Shown: positions 7,220 through 17,090 of the stretch, piece by piece
How the letters are laid out: each line of letters opens with the position of its first letter
How positions within the stretch are numbered: the first letter of the stretch is position 1
Assembly (NCBI GenBank): GCA_051747805.1
Contig: JBNJGP010000020.1
Span: forward strand, 1-36,028
DNA: 36,028 nt
Reading direction: 5' to 3'
From: Candidatus Muiribacteriota bacterium
Lineage (GTDB): Bacteria > Muiribacteriota > Muiribacteriia > Muiribacteriales > Muiribacteriaceae
Position numbers and translations under genes: made by a program
Notes under the pieces: generated by a model
Told to the model about the DNA's origin: nothing
Database searches by the model: none
What the model saw: the letters and a program-made list of their open reading frames with translations, nothing else

Positions 7220-7702
7220 CTATTTAATAATTGCTTCCCTTGTTATGGCACTGGTTTTCTTAATTTGAAAATCAAAAAAATTTAAAATGCCGACTTCCCG
7301 GAGCCATTCAAGTTCTTTATTTATATTGCCTTTTTTTCCGGATTTTTCAATTTTTAAAACAACTTTCTTTAAATTTTTATAACCAACTTTCGTTAAAACT
7401 TTCTGCATATATTTTATTTCATCAATTGTTCTCTTAGTTTCAGAAGATGTTTTTTCTGCACTCCAGCTGTTGTCAATATTACTTTTTAAATTATCTATAC
7501 AACTGGAGGTCCAGGGTCTTGACGGAATAAGGTGAAAAATTTTTCTTTGTTTTTTCTTTTCAGTTATAATGTCATGATATAGAGTTATTTTTTCAAGCTT
7601 TTTTATTTTTTCAAGTTCATACTCAACAAAGCACCTTGTATTTTCACATAATTTAGCATGAATATTCCACAGTTCCTTGCCACATACTCTGCACTTTTTC
7701 AT
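7220..7702 (-). CDS. Hypothetical Zn-finger + putative HTH protein; paralog of 31600..31992
   Basis: CRVC..CENTRC; RPWTSSCIDNL...WSAEKT..ETKR. Confidence 0.75.
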   Translation of the reverse strand: MKKCRVCGKELWNIHAKLCENTRCFVEYELEKIKKLEKITLYHDIITEKKKQRKIFHLIPSRPWTSSCIDNLKSNIDNSWSAEKTSSETKRTIDEIKYMQKVLTKVGYKNLKKVVLKIEKSGKKGNINKELEWLREVGILNFFDFQIKKTSAITREAIIK

Positions 7703-8187
7703 CCTTTCCTCATCACCACAATAGTATTACCTTCTCTGTTATACCAGAAATAATTCTCGTTTCCAATTAAAATTTCCAACACCTCTTCCACTGTAATACT
7801 TTCAATATTCATAGTAAGGTCTATTTTTCCAAGCTCATTATTTGATTTTGGAAATCTGAAATTAATATCATTTTCTTCAGAAATTCTTTCAAGAATTTTT
7901 TTTATTTCCTCCCCTTTCTCACAGTTAAGAGAAACAGTTTTAAGAAGATAATTATAATTAATATTAGAGTTTTTTTCATTAACCTCTTCTTTTTGATGCT
8001 CTACTCTTTCTAATTCTACGCTTTCTTCAGTTTGAATTTCTTTATTTGAGTTTTTTTCCTCTTCAAGAGAAAGTATTTCTGATTGACTATCAAGACTTTC
8101 AGCCGAATAACTAATGTAAACATTTATACCATAAATTATAGCTCCTATTACTAAAATATATAGAATGAGTGATTTAATAAATTTCAT
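7699..8187 (-). CDS. Membrane-anchored protein with STN/secretin-N0-like domain
   Basis: N-terminal TM, acidic linker, then VSLNC..EIKKILERIS..LTMNIESITVEEVLEILI...EGNTIVV pattern. Confidence 0.55.
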   Translation of the reverse strand: MKFIKSLILYILVIGAIIYGINVYISYSAESLDSQSEILSLEEEKNSNKEIQTEESVELERVEHQKEEVNEKNSNINYNYLLKTVSLNCEKGEEIKKILERISEENDINFRFPKSNNELGKIDLTMNIESITVEEVLEILIGNENYFWYNREGNTIVVMRKG

Positions 8188-9040
8188 TTAACAAACCTTT
8201 TGATTCAAGTTTTTGCTTAAAAAAAGGCGGTAATACAAAAGAAGCTTTATGTATTTTTTCAGAATAATACATATAATTTAAGTCTGTCTCTTTATATTTT
8301 TTTAAATCAAAGTCTTTAGAACTCTGAGTATCTGAGGCAAATGCAAATCCCCATAATCCCCCGTATGTTAATATATTCGCAAGATAATATTCAACATTTT
8401 TAAAAACTTTTTTTAAGTTTTTATAAGCAATAACTGCTTCCTGAGTAACAAAAGCATTACCTGCCTGACAAGTTAAAACACCTTTTTTGTTTAAAATATT
8501 TTTACAGTTTTGATAAAATTCTTCTCTAAACAGTCCTTCTGCCGGACCAAATGGGTCAGAAGAATCAATTATTATTATATCAAATTTTCTTTGTACATTT
8601 TCAACAAATTTAATACCATCACCAGTAATAATTTCAAGACGTGGATCGTCAAACGAGCTGGCAATTTCTGGAAAAAACTTTTTGCATACTTTTATAACAT
8701 CATTATCTATTTCAACAAGTGTAACTTTTTCCATCTGTTTATGTCGTAAAAGTTCACGGACAGTTCCACCGTCACCTCCGCCTATTACAAGGGCTGAACG
8801 AGCTTCCGGCATACAAAAATATGGGACCTGTGTAATCATTTCATGATAAACAAACTCGTCTTTTTCAGTTGTCATTATATTTCTATCAAGAAGAAGTATT
8901 CTACCCCAGGTTTTTGAAGAAATTACTTCTACAAGCTGATATTTACTTTTTTTTGAATAAAGAATTTCATCTGCGTCTATAAATATTCCATAATCACCTG
9001 AGTGCTTTTCATTAAACCGGATTTTTCCACCATCAAGCAT
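8174..9040 (-). CDS. speE: Spermidine synthase (polyamine aminopropyltransferase)
   Basis: [33 protein letters not shown]. Start at ATG 9040 after AAGGAG. Confidence 0.93.
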   Translation of the reverse strand: MLDGGKIRFNEKHSGDYGIFIDADEILYSKKSKYQLVEVISSKTWGRILLLDRNIMTTEKDEFVYHEMITQVPYFCMPEARSALVIGGGDGGTVRELLRHKQMEKVTLVEIDNDVIKVCKKFFPEIASSFDDPRLEIITGDGIKFVENVQRKFDIIIIDSSDPFGPAEGLFREEFYQNCKNILNKKGVLTCQAGNAFVTQEAVIAYKNLKKVFKNVEYYLANILTYGGLWGFAFASDTQSSKDFDLKKYKETDLNYMYYSEKIHKASFVLPPFFKQKLESKGLLNEIY

Positions 9041-9476
9041 TATTTTCTCCTTTTTTTTGATCCGGTTTTTCACCATAATTCAATTTTTCAATATGAAGGT
9101 CTTTATTTTTTGAAATTAATTTTTCATGAAAGAGTTCTCCTCTTTTAAGTTCATAAGTTTTAACTATCTGAGCCCCGAATTTTTCCTTAAGGTATCTGTA
9201 AGCTGTAAAAGTATCAACAGTATTTCCACAGGTAAAAACATCCACGGCAGCATAACCATACTCGGGCCAGGTATGTATTGCCAGGTGTGATTCAGCAATA
9301 ACAACAAAACCACTCACGCCCTGAGGATTAAACTGATGAAATGCTGTTTGAATAATAGTTGCTCCAGCTTTTTTAGCTGCCATAAGCATATGTTCTTCTA
9401 TTTCATCTTTACTGTTTAAAACACTTCTATCACAGTCAAAGAGCTCTAACATAACGTGTTTTCCAAGAGCTTGCAT
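9033..9476 (-). CDS. speD: S-adenosylmethionine decarboxylase proenzyme (class 1B)
   Basis: [36 protein letters not shown] (ESH self-cleavage site); adjacent to speE. Confidence 0.92.
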   Translation of the reverse strand: MQALGKHVMLELFDCDRSVLNSKDEIEEHMLMAAKKAGATIIQTAFHQFNPQGVSGFVVIAESHLAIHTWPEYGYAAVDVFTCGNTVDTFTAYRYLKEKFGAQIVKTYELKRGELFHEKLISKNKDLHIEKLNYGEKPDQKKGENNA

Positions 9477-9545
9477 ACTTTTTATCTCCTCCTTGATAAA
9501 TCTAGTTTAATTATTTCATTTTTAGGCAACAAAAGTCAAGTGCAC

Positions 9546-10271
9546 TTATTTTTTATAAAATTTCAGGGGCAAATAATCAAGATTAACATTGTGCATAGAA
9601 TTAAAAATATTATATTCAACCCTTTTATTACTTAATGCAACCTCTTTAATTATTTCTTTTACTTCATTTCTTTTTGAATTTCCAGATTTATGACATTTAT
9701 AGTCAAATACAGGAATGTTATTTTTCCCAACATATGACTTTATTCTTTTTTCAGGCAGGGTGTACAAAGGTCTAATTAAATTAATTTTTCCGCGAAATAG
9801 ACTCTGTATAGGCATCATCGTGCATGTCTGTCCTGAATAAAAAATATTCATTATAAAAGTTTCAATTGCATCATTTCTATGATGACCAAGAGCAATTTTT
9901 TCAAGTTTATATTTTTCCATTAGAAGAAACAATTCTTTTCTTCTATGATGAGCGCATAAAAAGCAAATATCTTTTTTTAAATTTAAGCCCTCAATATAAT
10001 CAATTATATTTGTCTCTTTTATAATCAGCTCAACACTTTGCTCATCACAGAACTTTTTCATATTATCAATGTCTTTTTTATTATATTTTTTTCTTGGTAT
10101 AACATGAAAAGCCTTTATTTCAAATTTTAATTTTTTTCTAAGGGGAGAAAGAAGGGAAAGAAGGGCAAAACTATCTTTGCCTCCAGATAACCCTAGTGCA
10201 ATTTTATCATTTTCGTCTATAAGAGAATATTTTTGAATAGTATTATATACTTCGCGGGAAATAGAGGCCAT
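9546..10271 (-). CDS. ttcA: TtcA-family tRNA thiolation PP-loop ATPase
   Basis: SGGKDS PP-loop, CFLC, LGHHRNDAIETF, IRPL. Confidence 0.78.
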   Translation of the reverse strand: MASISREVYNTIQKYSLIDENDKIALGLSGGKDSFALLSLLSPLRKKLKFEIKAFHVIPRKKYNKKDIDNMKKFCDEQSVELIIKETNIIDYIEGLNLKKDICFLCAHHRRKELFLLMEKYKLEKIALGHHRNDAIETFIMNIFYSGQTCTMMPIQSLFRGKINLIRPLYTLPEKRIKSYVGKNNIPVFDYKCHKSGNSKRNEVKEIIKEVALSNKRVEYNIFNSMHNVNLDYLPLKFYKK

Positions 10272-11260
10272 CAGCTTTTCCTGACCTTTTTAAGCATTGT
10301 TGAAAATTCTGAAAAACTCAAAGACTGTCCGCCGTCTGATAAGGCTTTTTCAGGCTCCGGATGTATTTCAACCATTGCTCCGTCAGCTCCAACCACTTTA
10401 GACGCCAGAGTAAGCCCGGGAATCATTTCTTTTTTTCCAGTTGCATGTGACGGGTCTACGATAACTGGAAGATGTGTTTCGTTTTTTGCGGCAATTACAG
10501 CAGAAAGGTCAAGAGTGTTTCTCGTATAATTTTCAAACGTTCTAATTCCTCTTTCGCATAAAATAATATTTGAATTACCTTTTAGCATAATATATTCAGC
10601 TGCCATTAACCACTCTTTAATAGTTGAGCTCATACCTCGTTTCAATAATACAGGTTTATCCTGTTTTCCAAGCTCTATAAGCAGATTATAATTCTGCATA
10701 TTACGTGCACCAACCTGAAATATATCTATATAATCATAACATCTGCTAACATCTTTTAAATCAATTATTTCACTTACTACTGGAATATCGTATTTATCAG
10801 ACGCATATTTCAAGTATTTTAATCCTTCAAAACCAAGCCCCTGAAAACTATATGGAGAAGTTCTAGGCTTAAAGGCTCCTCCTCTCAAAAAACTAACTCC
10901 TATCTGGGATAAAAACGACGCGCATTCTAAAATCTGATTTTTAGACTCAACTGAGCAGGGACCAGCTATAAGTTTGAATTTACCATCACCAAATTTTTTT
11001 CCCCGGATTTTAACTACTGTGGTCTCTTTTTTAAACTCACGGCTTACAAGCTTGAATGGCTTTAATATCTGATAGATTTTTTCAATTCCGGGCATTCCGT
11101 CAACAGGATTTGATTGAAAAATTTTTTCATCCCCGACAGCCCCAATTATAGTACGGTGAATACCCTCAGATACGTGAGGCTTTAATCCAAGCTCTTTAAT
11201 TTTATTAATTAATCTCTGTTTATCATCATAGGAAGCATTTTTATGGAGAACTATTATCAT
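10271..11260 (-). CDS. aroF: DAHP synthase, type I-beta with N-terminal regulatory domain
   Basis: IAGPCSVES, RGGAFKPRTSPYSFQGLG, GARNMQN, LLKRG, CERGIRTFE, DPSH. Confidence 0.93.
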   Translation of the reverse strand: MIIVLHKNASYDDKQRLINKIKELGLKPHVSEGIHRTIIGAVGDEKIFQSNPVDGMPGIEKIYQILKPFKLVSREFKKETTVVKIRGKKFGDGKFKLIAGPCSVESKNQILECASFLSQIGVSFLRGGAFKPRTSPYSFQGLGFEGLKYLKYASDKYDIPVVSEIIDLKDVSRCYDYIDIFQVGARNMQNYNLLIELGKQDKPVLLKRGMSSTIKEWLMAAEYIMLKGNSNIILCERGIRTFENYTRNTLDLSAVIAAKNETHLPVIVDPSHATGKKEMIPGLTLASKVVGADGAMVEIHPEPEKALSDGGQSLSFSEFSTMLKKVRKS

Positions 11261-11270
11261 TTATTTCCCT

Positions 11271-13817
11271 TTATAACCAGTAGGCCACACCTGTTTCATA
11301 TGGATGAATCATATTTTCAAAATATGGTACCAGTCTTAATCCCGCATAAAAAAGCCCGCTTTTTTCCCATTTATACTGAAGCGTATATTTTATAACTTTT
11401 TTTTCTTCTGCTGAATTAAAATCAACAATATCTACAACTTGTTTGTTTTTATCATAAATACATAACTGAGCCTTAATATTTTCTTTACTTAAGTTTTTGG
11501 GAATAACCTCAACTTTAAGATTATAAGTTTTTCCAAGTCTTGGATTCTGCAGTATTTCAAGACCTTCAATATTTTCAACATTAATATTATCCCATGCCGA
11601 CAGGACGTTGTACCTGTCTCTGGCAACTTTTCTGGCGTTCTCAAGCGAATCCATTTTCAAATTCTGACCAGTATCTGCAGCCGGTACATAAAGCTTTTTT
11701 GTATAATTTTTTACCATTCTATCCATTGAAAATTCTGGTATTACACTTTTCATAGATTCTTTCATCATTTTAATCCATTTTAAAGGAAGTCCATTCTGGT
11801 CTTTTCTGTAAAAAGTTTCTAAAACTTCATTTTCAAGAACATCATAAAGTGAACTGCTGTCAAAATCAGCCTGTTCTTCATCATTTTCAAAAGTTGTTAT
11901 TTCAGGATTTATAGCCCAACCATTTTTTTTATTATAACCTTCATCCCACCATCCATCTAAAATTGAAAAGTTAATTCCACCATTAACAGGCACTTTCTGT
12001 CCGCTTGTTCCTGAGGCTTCAAGAGGCCTTTTAGGATTATTAAGCCAGACATCTACTCCTCTAACCATATATCTGGCAACCCTCAGCGAGTAATTTTCAA
12101 GGAAAAATATTTTACCTTCAAATCCTTCCTGTTTTGCAATTTCATGAATGTTTTTAATTAAAGCCTGACCACCTTTATCGGCGGGATGTGCTTTACCGGA
12201 AAAAACAAAATGAATTTTTCTATCTGCTTTATTCATTATTTTTTTTAAGCGTTTGATATCTCTAAAAAGCAGGGTGGCTCTTTTATAGGTCGCAAATCTT
12301 CTTGCAAATCCTATTACAAGAGCAGAGGGGTCAAGAAGTTCGTCTATATGATTAATATCACTTAAATTTGCGTGATTTCTCTCAAGCTGATTTTTTAATA
12401 AATCTCTTATAAATCTTATAAGTTTCTTTTTTAATTTTACATGAACCTGCCAGAGTTCTTGATCAGGAATATTATCTATTTTCTTCCATGTTTCTTTTTT
12501 AGCAATATAATGTTTCCAGTCCTTCCCAAGATAATTATCAAAGAGCTCATGTATATCAGGAGCTATCCAGCTAAGTGTATGTACACCATTTGTTACATAT
12601 GTAACAGGATTTTCACTTTGTGGTATATCCTCCCATACATCCTTCCATAAATCAGATGATACTTCGCCATGAAGTCGACTTACACCATTAGCTCTTCCGG
12701 AAATTTTAAATGCAAGAATTGTAAGCGAAAATAACTCATATCCTTCAGGCATAACCTGAAGACCAAGGTCCATAAACTGCTGACGTGATAATCCTACACT
12801 TTCCCAGTATTTCTTAAAATATTTTTCTTTTAAAGTAAGAGGAAAGGCATCATTACCGGCTGGAACGGGAGTATGGGTCGTAAAAATTGTGTCAGCCCGG
12901 ACAATCTCAAGCGCCTCATAAAAAGTAAGGCCTGTTTCATTAATAATGTTTCTAATTCTTTCCAGTCCTAAAAAGGCCGAGTGACCCTCGTTCATATGCC
13001 AAACATCGGGCGCAATATTCAACTTCTTTAAAAGTCTTACACCGCCAATTCCCAGCAGTATTTCCTGGGATATACGCATTTCCTGATCGCCGCCATAGAG
13101 CTTATAGGTTATTTCTCTATCCTGTCTGGAATTTTTTTCAATGTCTGCATCAAGCAGATATATAGGAACTCTCCCCACCTGCATTTTCCAGGCACATGCA
13201 TAAAGCATTCTATTTGATATTTCAACCTCTACTATAATATCATTTCCATCTTCATCCTTTGCTTTTTCAACAGGCATTTCATCAAAATTATGCGAAAAAA
13301 ACTTATTTGCCTGATTTCCTTCCCTATCAATTTTCTGATCAAAATATCCCTGTCTGTAAAGAAGTCCAACACCTATGTAAGGAAGCCCAAGATCACTTGC
13401 AGATTTAGCATGATCGCCGGCAAGTACACCTAATCCCCCGGAATATATAGGAACACTTTCATGCACGCCAAACTCTGCACAAAAATATGCAATTATATTA
13501 TCTTTTTTAGAAGAATATTTTTTTAAAAACCAAGTATCTTCGGCCTGCATATATTTATCAAATTCTTTTACTACACTATTAAATTTTTTTAAAAAATCTT
13601 CATTTTCAGATATCTGATTTAATTTATTCTGAGATATTTCATTTAAAAATTTAACAGGATTATTTTCAACCTCTGAATAAAGGTCTGAGTCAATTTCATA
13701 AAATAAATTCTGAGCATCTTTATTCCAGCAGAACCACATATTATTAGCAATTTCTTTAAGTCTTTTTATGCCATCAGGCAGCACAGAATTTACTTTAATT
13801 TGTTTTAAATTAATCAT
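11271..13817 (-). CDS. glgP: Alpha-glucan (glycogen/maltodextrin) phosphorylase
   Basis: YSGGLGVLAGD, HMNEGH, FARRFATYKR, GKAHP, EASGTSGQK (PLP lysine), LDGWWDE. Confidence 0.95.
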   Translation of the reverse strand: MINLKQIKVNSVLPDGIKRLKEIANNMWFCWNKDAQNLFYEIDSDLYSEVENNPVKFLNEISQNKLNQISENEDFLKKFNSVVKEFDKYMQAEDTWFLKKYSSKKDNIIAYFCAEFGVHESVPIYSGGLGVLAGDHAKSASDLGLPYIGVGLLYRQGYFDQKIDREGNQANKFFSHNFDEMPVEKAKDEDGNDIIVEVEISNRMLYACAWKMQVGRVPIYLLDADIEKNSRQDREITYKLYGGDQEMRISQEILLGIGGVRLLKKLNIAPDVWHMNEGHSAFLGLERIRNIINETGLTFYEALEIVRADTIFTTHTPVPAGNDAFPLTLKEKYFKKYWESVGLSRQQFMDLGLQVMPEGYELFSLTILAFKISGRANGVSRLHGEVSSDLWKDVWEDIPQSENPVTYVTNGVHTLSWIAPDIHELFDNYLGKDWKHYIAKKETWKKIDNIPDQELWQVHVKLKKKLIRFIRDLLKNQLERNHANLSDINHIDELLDPSALVIGFARRFATYKRATLLFRDIKRLKKIMNKADRKIHFVFSGKAHPADKGGQALIKNIHEIAKQEGFEGKIFFLENYSLRVARYMVRGVDVWLNNPKRPLEASGTSGQKVPVNGGINFSILDGWWDEGYNKKNGWAINPEITTFENDEEQADFDSSSLYDVLENEVLETFYRKDQNGLPLKWIKMMKESMKSVIPEFSMDRMVKNYTKKLYVPAADTGQNLKMDSLENARKVARDRYNVLSAWDNINVENIEGLEILQNPRLGKTYNLKVEVIPKNLSKENIKAQLCIYDKNKQVVDIVDFNSAEEKKVIKYTLQYKWEKSGLFYAGLRLVPYFENMIHPYETGVAYWL

Positions 13818-13858
13818 TTTTACTCCTTTCTATGGAAATACAAGGTTAAAAAAACCTC

Positions 13859-15154
13859 CTATTTTGTTTCTGTAAGTATTTTTCCAAACTCAACAAACTC
13901 TTCCCAGGTTTGAGGTGGAGCTTGTGGATCAAGTCCTTTTTCTGCAAACATATCTTTATTATAAAAAAGCGCAACCCCAGTTACCTGATCGGGTGTTGCC
14001 CAGAGTTTACCATCGGCGGTGCAGGAACCAAGTGTCGCCGGTACAAGTTCTTCTTTTAAATAATCAAGACCAAACTGACTTAAATTATAAAGAGCATTTC
14101 TTACTATCAGCTTATAAACAAAAGATGCATCAACTCTTGCAATATCAGGTGTGGTTTTTGTTGCAAGAGAGGTAAGTATATTTTCCTCATGCCCTCCCCA
14201 AGGTATCTGTTCAACATTAACAGTTACGCCTGGATTTTTCTGCATAAAAGAAGAGGCTATTTCATTAAAGACTTCCATTTCTGTTGGATTATAAGTTACC
14301 CATAATGAAATTTCAACCCCGGTTTCAGTTGAGTAATCTTCTGCCTCACCTGACGAAAACTCCACCTTTGCCTCTTCATCTAAAACTCTATCATGAATTC
14401 TTTTAACTGCATCATTCAAGGCTTCAGAAACAGTTTTTTCCTGTTGTAGCGCAGCTTCCATTTGTGGATTTACAATTTCCTCAAGATCAGAATAATTCTG
14501 TATTTGAGGTCTGGCTTTTGCATACTTCATCTGTTCCATGAAAGTTGCCAGAAACGGCTTATCAACAGTATCAATTTTATCATAGGCTTTTAAATTAACA
14601 GGAATCTGCTCAAGTTTGTTACCCCAGTCGGCCTGAACTTCTTCGCTTGCAACATATTCAAGAAACTTTGCTGCCCAGTATGGATTCTCTGAGTTTCTAA
14701 AAACAACCATATTTGTACCGCCAACATTTGTTGAAGTTCCTTCAGGACCCTCAGGAATAAGAGAAACACCAAAATTAACTCCCGCCTCTCTTAAAGAATG
14801 AATAGCCCAGGGACCATTAAAAATCATTGCATACCTTTCGTTTATAAAACCAGACTCAGGATCTATTGCGCCTGCGCGCCATGCTCCTGCCTCAATCTCA
14901 TATTTATTGTATAAATCAACCTTGAATTGAAGTGCATCTACTCCTGGTTCTTCATTAAGAACACATTTTCCATCTCTTATAAATTCAGCTCCAAATGTAT
15001 TAAAAAAAGGAAAACTCCACCATAATGTGTTGTTCATACCAAAGCCGTAAACGTTATCGGCAGCCGATACTTGAGTTTCCCGGGTTTCATCGCCACAACC
15101 AAAACTAAATAATAAAACAGCACATACCAGAAATAGATAAAATCTTTTTTTCAT
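13859..15154 (-). CDS. Carbohydrate ABC transporter solute-binding lipoprotein (halves apparently circularly permuted)
   Basis: ATG 15154 after AAGGAG; lipoprotein-type signal ending FSFGC; SBP motifs AMIFNGPW, AAKFLEY, PDIA, LFYNKDMF, PQTWEE. Confidence 0.88.
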   Translation of the reverse strand: MKKRFYLFLVCAVLLFSFGCGDETRETQVSAADNVYGFGMNNTLWWSFPFFNTFGAEFIRDGKCVLNEEPGVDALQFKVDLYNKYEIEAGAWRAGAIDPESGFINERYAMIFNGPWAIHSLREAGVNFGVSLIPEGPEGTSTNVGGTNMVVFRNSENPYWAAKFLEYVASEEVQADWGNKLEQIPVNLKAYDKIDTVDKPFLATFMEQMKYAKARPQIQNYSDLEEIVNPQMEAALQQEKTVSEALNDAVKRIHDRVLDEEAKVEFSSGEAEDYSTETGVEISLWVTYNPTEMEVFNEIASSFMQKNPGVTVNVEQIPWGGHEENILTSLATKTTPDIARVDASFVYKLIVRNALYNLSQFGLDYLKEELVPATLGSCTADGKLWATPDQVTGVALFYNKDMFAEKGLDPQAPPQTWEEFVEFGKILTETK

Positions 15155-15188
15155 TTTTTCTCCTTTTAACAGAATATAATCATCCCAT

Positions 15189-15407
15189 TTATTTAATAAT
15201 TTCAACTTGAAACTCTTTCAGGAGTTCAATAATTGAATCTACTGCAATAACTTCGCTGTCAAATGAGATATAAATCATTTTATCTTCTTTTAAAACTTCT
15301 ACAGAATCAATTCCATCCACGCAGCATAGCCTAGACTCAATTTCTCTGACCGATTTAATATTATTTTCATATTTAAAATGAATAAGTTTTAAACTTCTTT
15401 CTTTCAT
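15189..15407 (-). CDS. Small HMA-like (ferredoxin-fold) protein lacking MxCxxC
   Basis: IESRL..VDGIDSVEV....IYISFD...AVDSIIELL pattern; start overlaps the upstream stop. Confidence 0.6.
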   Translation of the reverse strand: MKERSLKLIHFKYENNIKSVREIESRLCCVDGIDSVEVLKEDKMIYISFDSEVIAVDSIIELLKEFQVEIIK

Positions 15408-17089
15408 TACCCTTTAACCGCTCCTTTCGTCATACCTTCAATAAAATATCTCTGTGCAAATATAAATAAAATAATTATTGGAATTACTGTTATTGTGGAC
15501 GCAGCCATGAGTTTTGTCCACTCAGAGGAATACTGTCCCTGAAACATGGCCAGACCAACAGGAAGAGTGTACATATTTGAGCTGGTTGAAATTATCAGCT
15601 GCCATAAAAAATTTGTCCACTGACCTATAAATGTAAGCAAAAACAAGGTCATAATAATTGGTGCAGATATAGGAACCATGATTTTATAAAAAATATTTGA
15701 TTCAGAGGCGCCGTCGATCCTGGCGGCTTCAATCAGAGAATCAGGTATTGTCTGCATATACTGTCTTATTAAAAATAGACCAAACACATTGGCCAGATGT
15801 GGTATAAACATAGCTCCATAAGTGTTCATTCCCATTATCTGAAGACTTGAGAGAATACTACCTATATTTAAAAATTCAATTGTTCCAAGAAAATAAACAA
15901 GAACGTACTGAGGAACCATAAACATAAGCCCCGGAACCATCATTCCCATTAAAAGAAGCTTGAACAGAACTTCTTTACCATAAAAATTCTTTTTTGCAAA
16001 TACATATCCGGAAAAAGAACAAATTAATGTTGTCAGAAATGCTGCTGAAAAAGCAACAATAAGACTATTTAAAAAATATCTGGCAAAATTCCCCTGATTT
16101 CTGAAAACTTTCAAAAACTCATGCCAGAAATGGTTTCTTCCAATTTTAATTCTATTTCCTTGAATTTCATAATTAAAGCAGTCCTTTTTTAAATCTTTCT
16201 CCTCCAGGGTAGAAATGTCGTCAGTTTCAAAAAAGTTTATATAAAACTGCTCTTTTCGGGGAAGAATAACCCTGACAAGATTCGGACCATATCTTAAAGC
16301 CTTCTGCTCTTTGTTTATTTCCCAGTCATTAATACTTGAAACATAATAAACATCATTATCAGAAACTGGCTCATAAAAAATTTCAATTTTATCCTCTTTT
16401 ACAATTGGAACAATTCCAAGCTCCTCAATCTTTAGAAATTCACCGGATTTTCTAAATACCAGATTTCTAATCTCTGGAACTTTTGTTGTAAAATAATATA
16501 TATAATCACCGGGATCTAAAAAAAGAAAATTATAATGATTTCCCTCAGAGTCGGTTCTTAATTTCTGAGCCTTCCAGTTGGTCATATTACCTATTATATA
16601 GGCCCTGTCAGCCTTAATATCAGTCTCAAAACGAACCCTTTCTCTCTGCGACTCTACCTTTAATTTATGAAGCTCCTCATAAGAATGGAAAGAATATTTA
16701 TACCTGCCATCAGATAATCTTATTGAATATTCATAAATATTATCCTTTACCCTCTTCATCGGAAGAGGATTATGATGAAAATTTGATACAAGCGATACGT
16801 CTTTTTCTGACTCTGTTACAAAATAAACAGAATCATTTCCACGTCTATAATAGGGTACAAATTCGGGTCTTTTATGCAAATTATCCCCAGCAAGAACTGA
16901 CCTGAAATTATCAAAATTAAGCTTCTCAGGAATTAAATTAAAAGAAAAAGCCTCTCCTTCAGTTTTAAATGCAGTTGCAAACATCCAGGCAAAAGGAAAA
17001 AGTACTACAATAAGTCCTATACTTAAAGCAGTCAGGAGCAACCCAGTTATTATTTTCTCTCTTTTTTTCCTGTCTTTGATAAATTTCAT
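15407..17089 (-). CDS. Carbohydrate ABC permease (MalG-like) with large extracytoplasmic insertion
   Basis: FARYFLNSL, EAA loop IPDSLIEAARIDGA, WTNFLW, TLPVGL. Start at ATG 17089 after GAGGA. Confidence 0.9.
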   Translation of the reverse strand: MKFIKDRKKREKIITGLLLTALSIGLIVVLFPFAWMFATAFKTEGEAFSFNLIPEKLNFDNFRSVLAGDNLHKRPEFVPYYRRGNDSVYFVTESEKDVSLVSNFHHNPLPMKRVKDNIYEYSIRLSDGRYKYSFHSYEELHKLKVESQRERVRFETDIKADRAYIIGNMTNWKAQKLRTDSEGNHYNFLFLDPGDYIYYFTTKVPEIRNLVFRKSGEFLKIEELGIVPIVKEDKIEIFYEPVSDNDVYYVSSINDWEINKEQKALRYGPNLVRVILPRKEQFYINFFETDDISTLEEKDLKKDCFNYEIQGNRIKIGRNHFWHEFLKVFRNQGNFARYFLNSLIVAFSAAFLTTLICSFSGYVFAKKNFYGKEVLFKLLLMGMMVPGLMFMVPQYVLVYFLGTIEFLNIGSILSSLQIMGMNTYGAMFIPHLANVFGLFLIRQYMQTIPDSLIEAARIDGASESNIFYKIMVPISAPIIMTLFLLTFIGQWTNFLWQLIISTSSNMYTLPVGLAMFQGQYSSEWTKLMAASTITVIPIIILFIFAQRYFIEGMTKGAVKG

Positions 17090-17090
17090 T

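Noticed and set aside
9477..9545. Riboswitch upstream of speD
   Set aside because: Only ~70 bp, occupied by a TTGACT-type promoter element and an SD; no aptamer-like structure.
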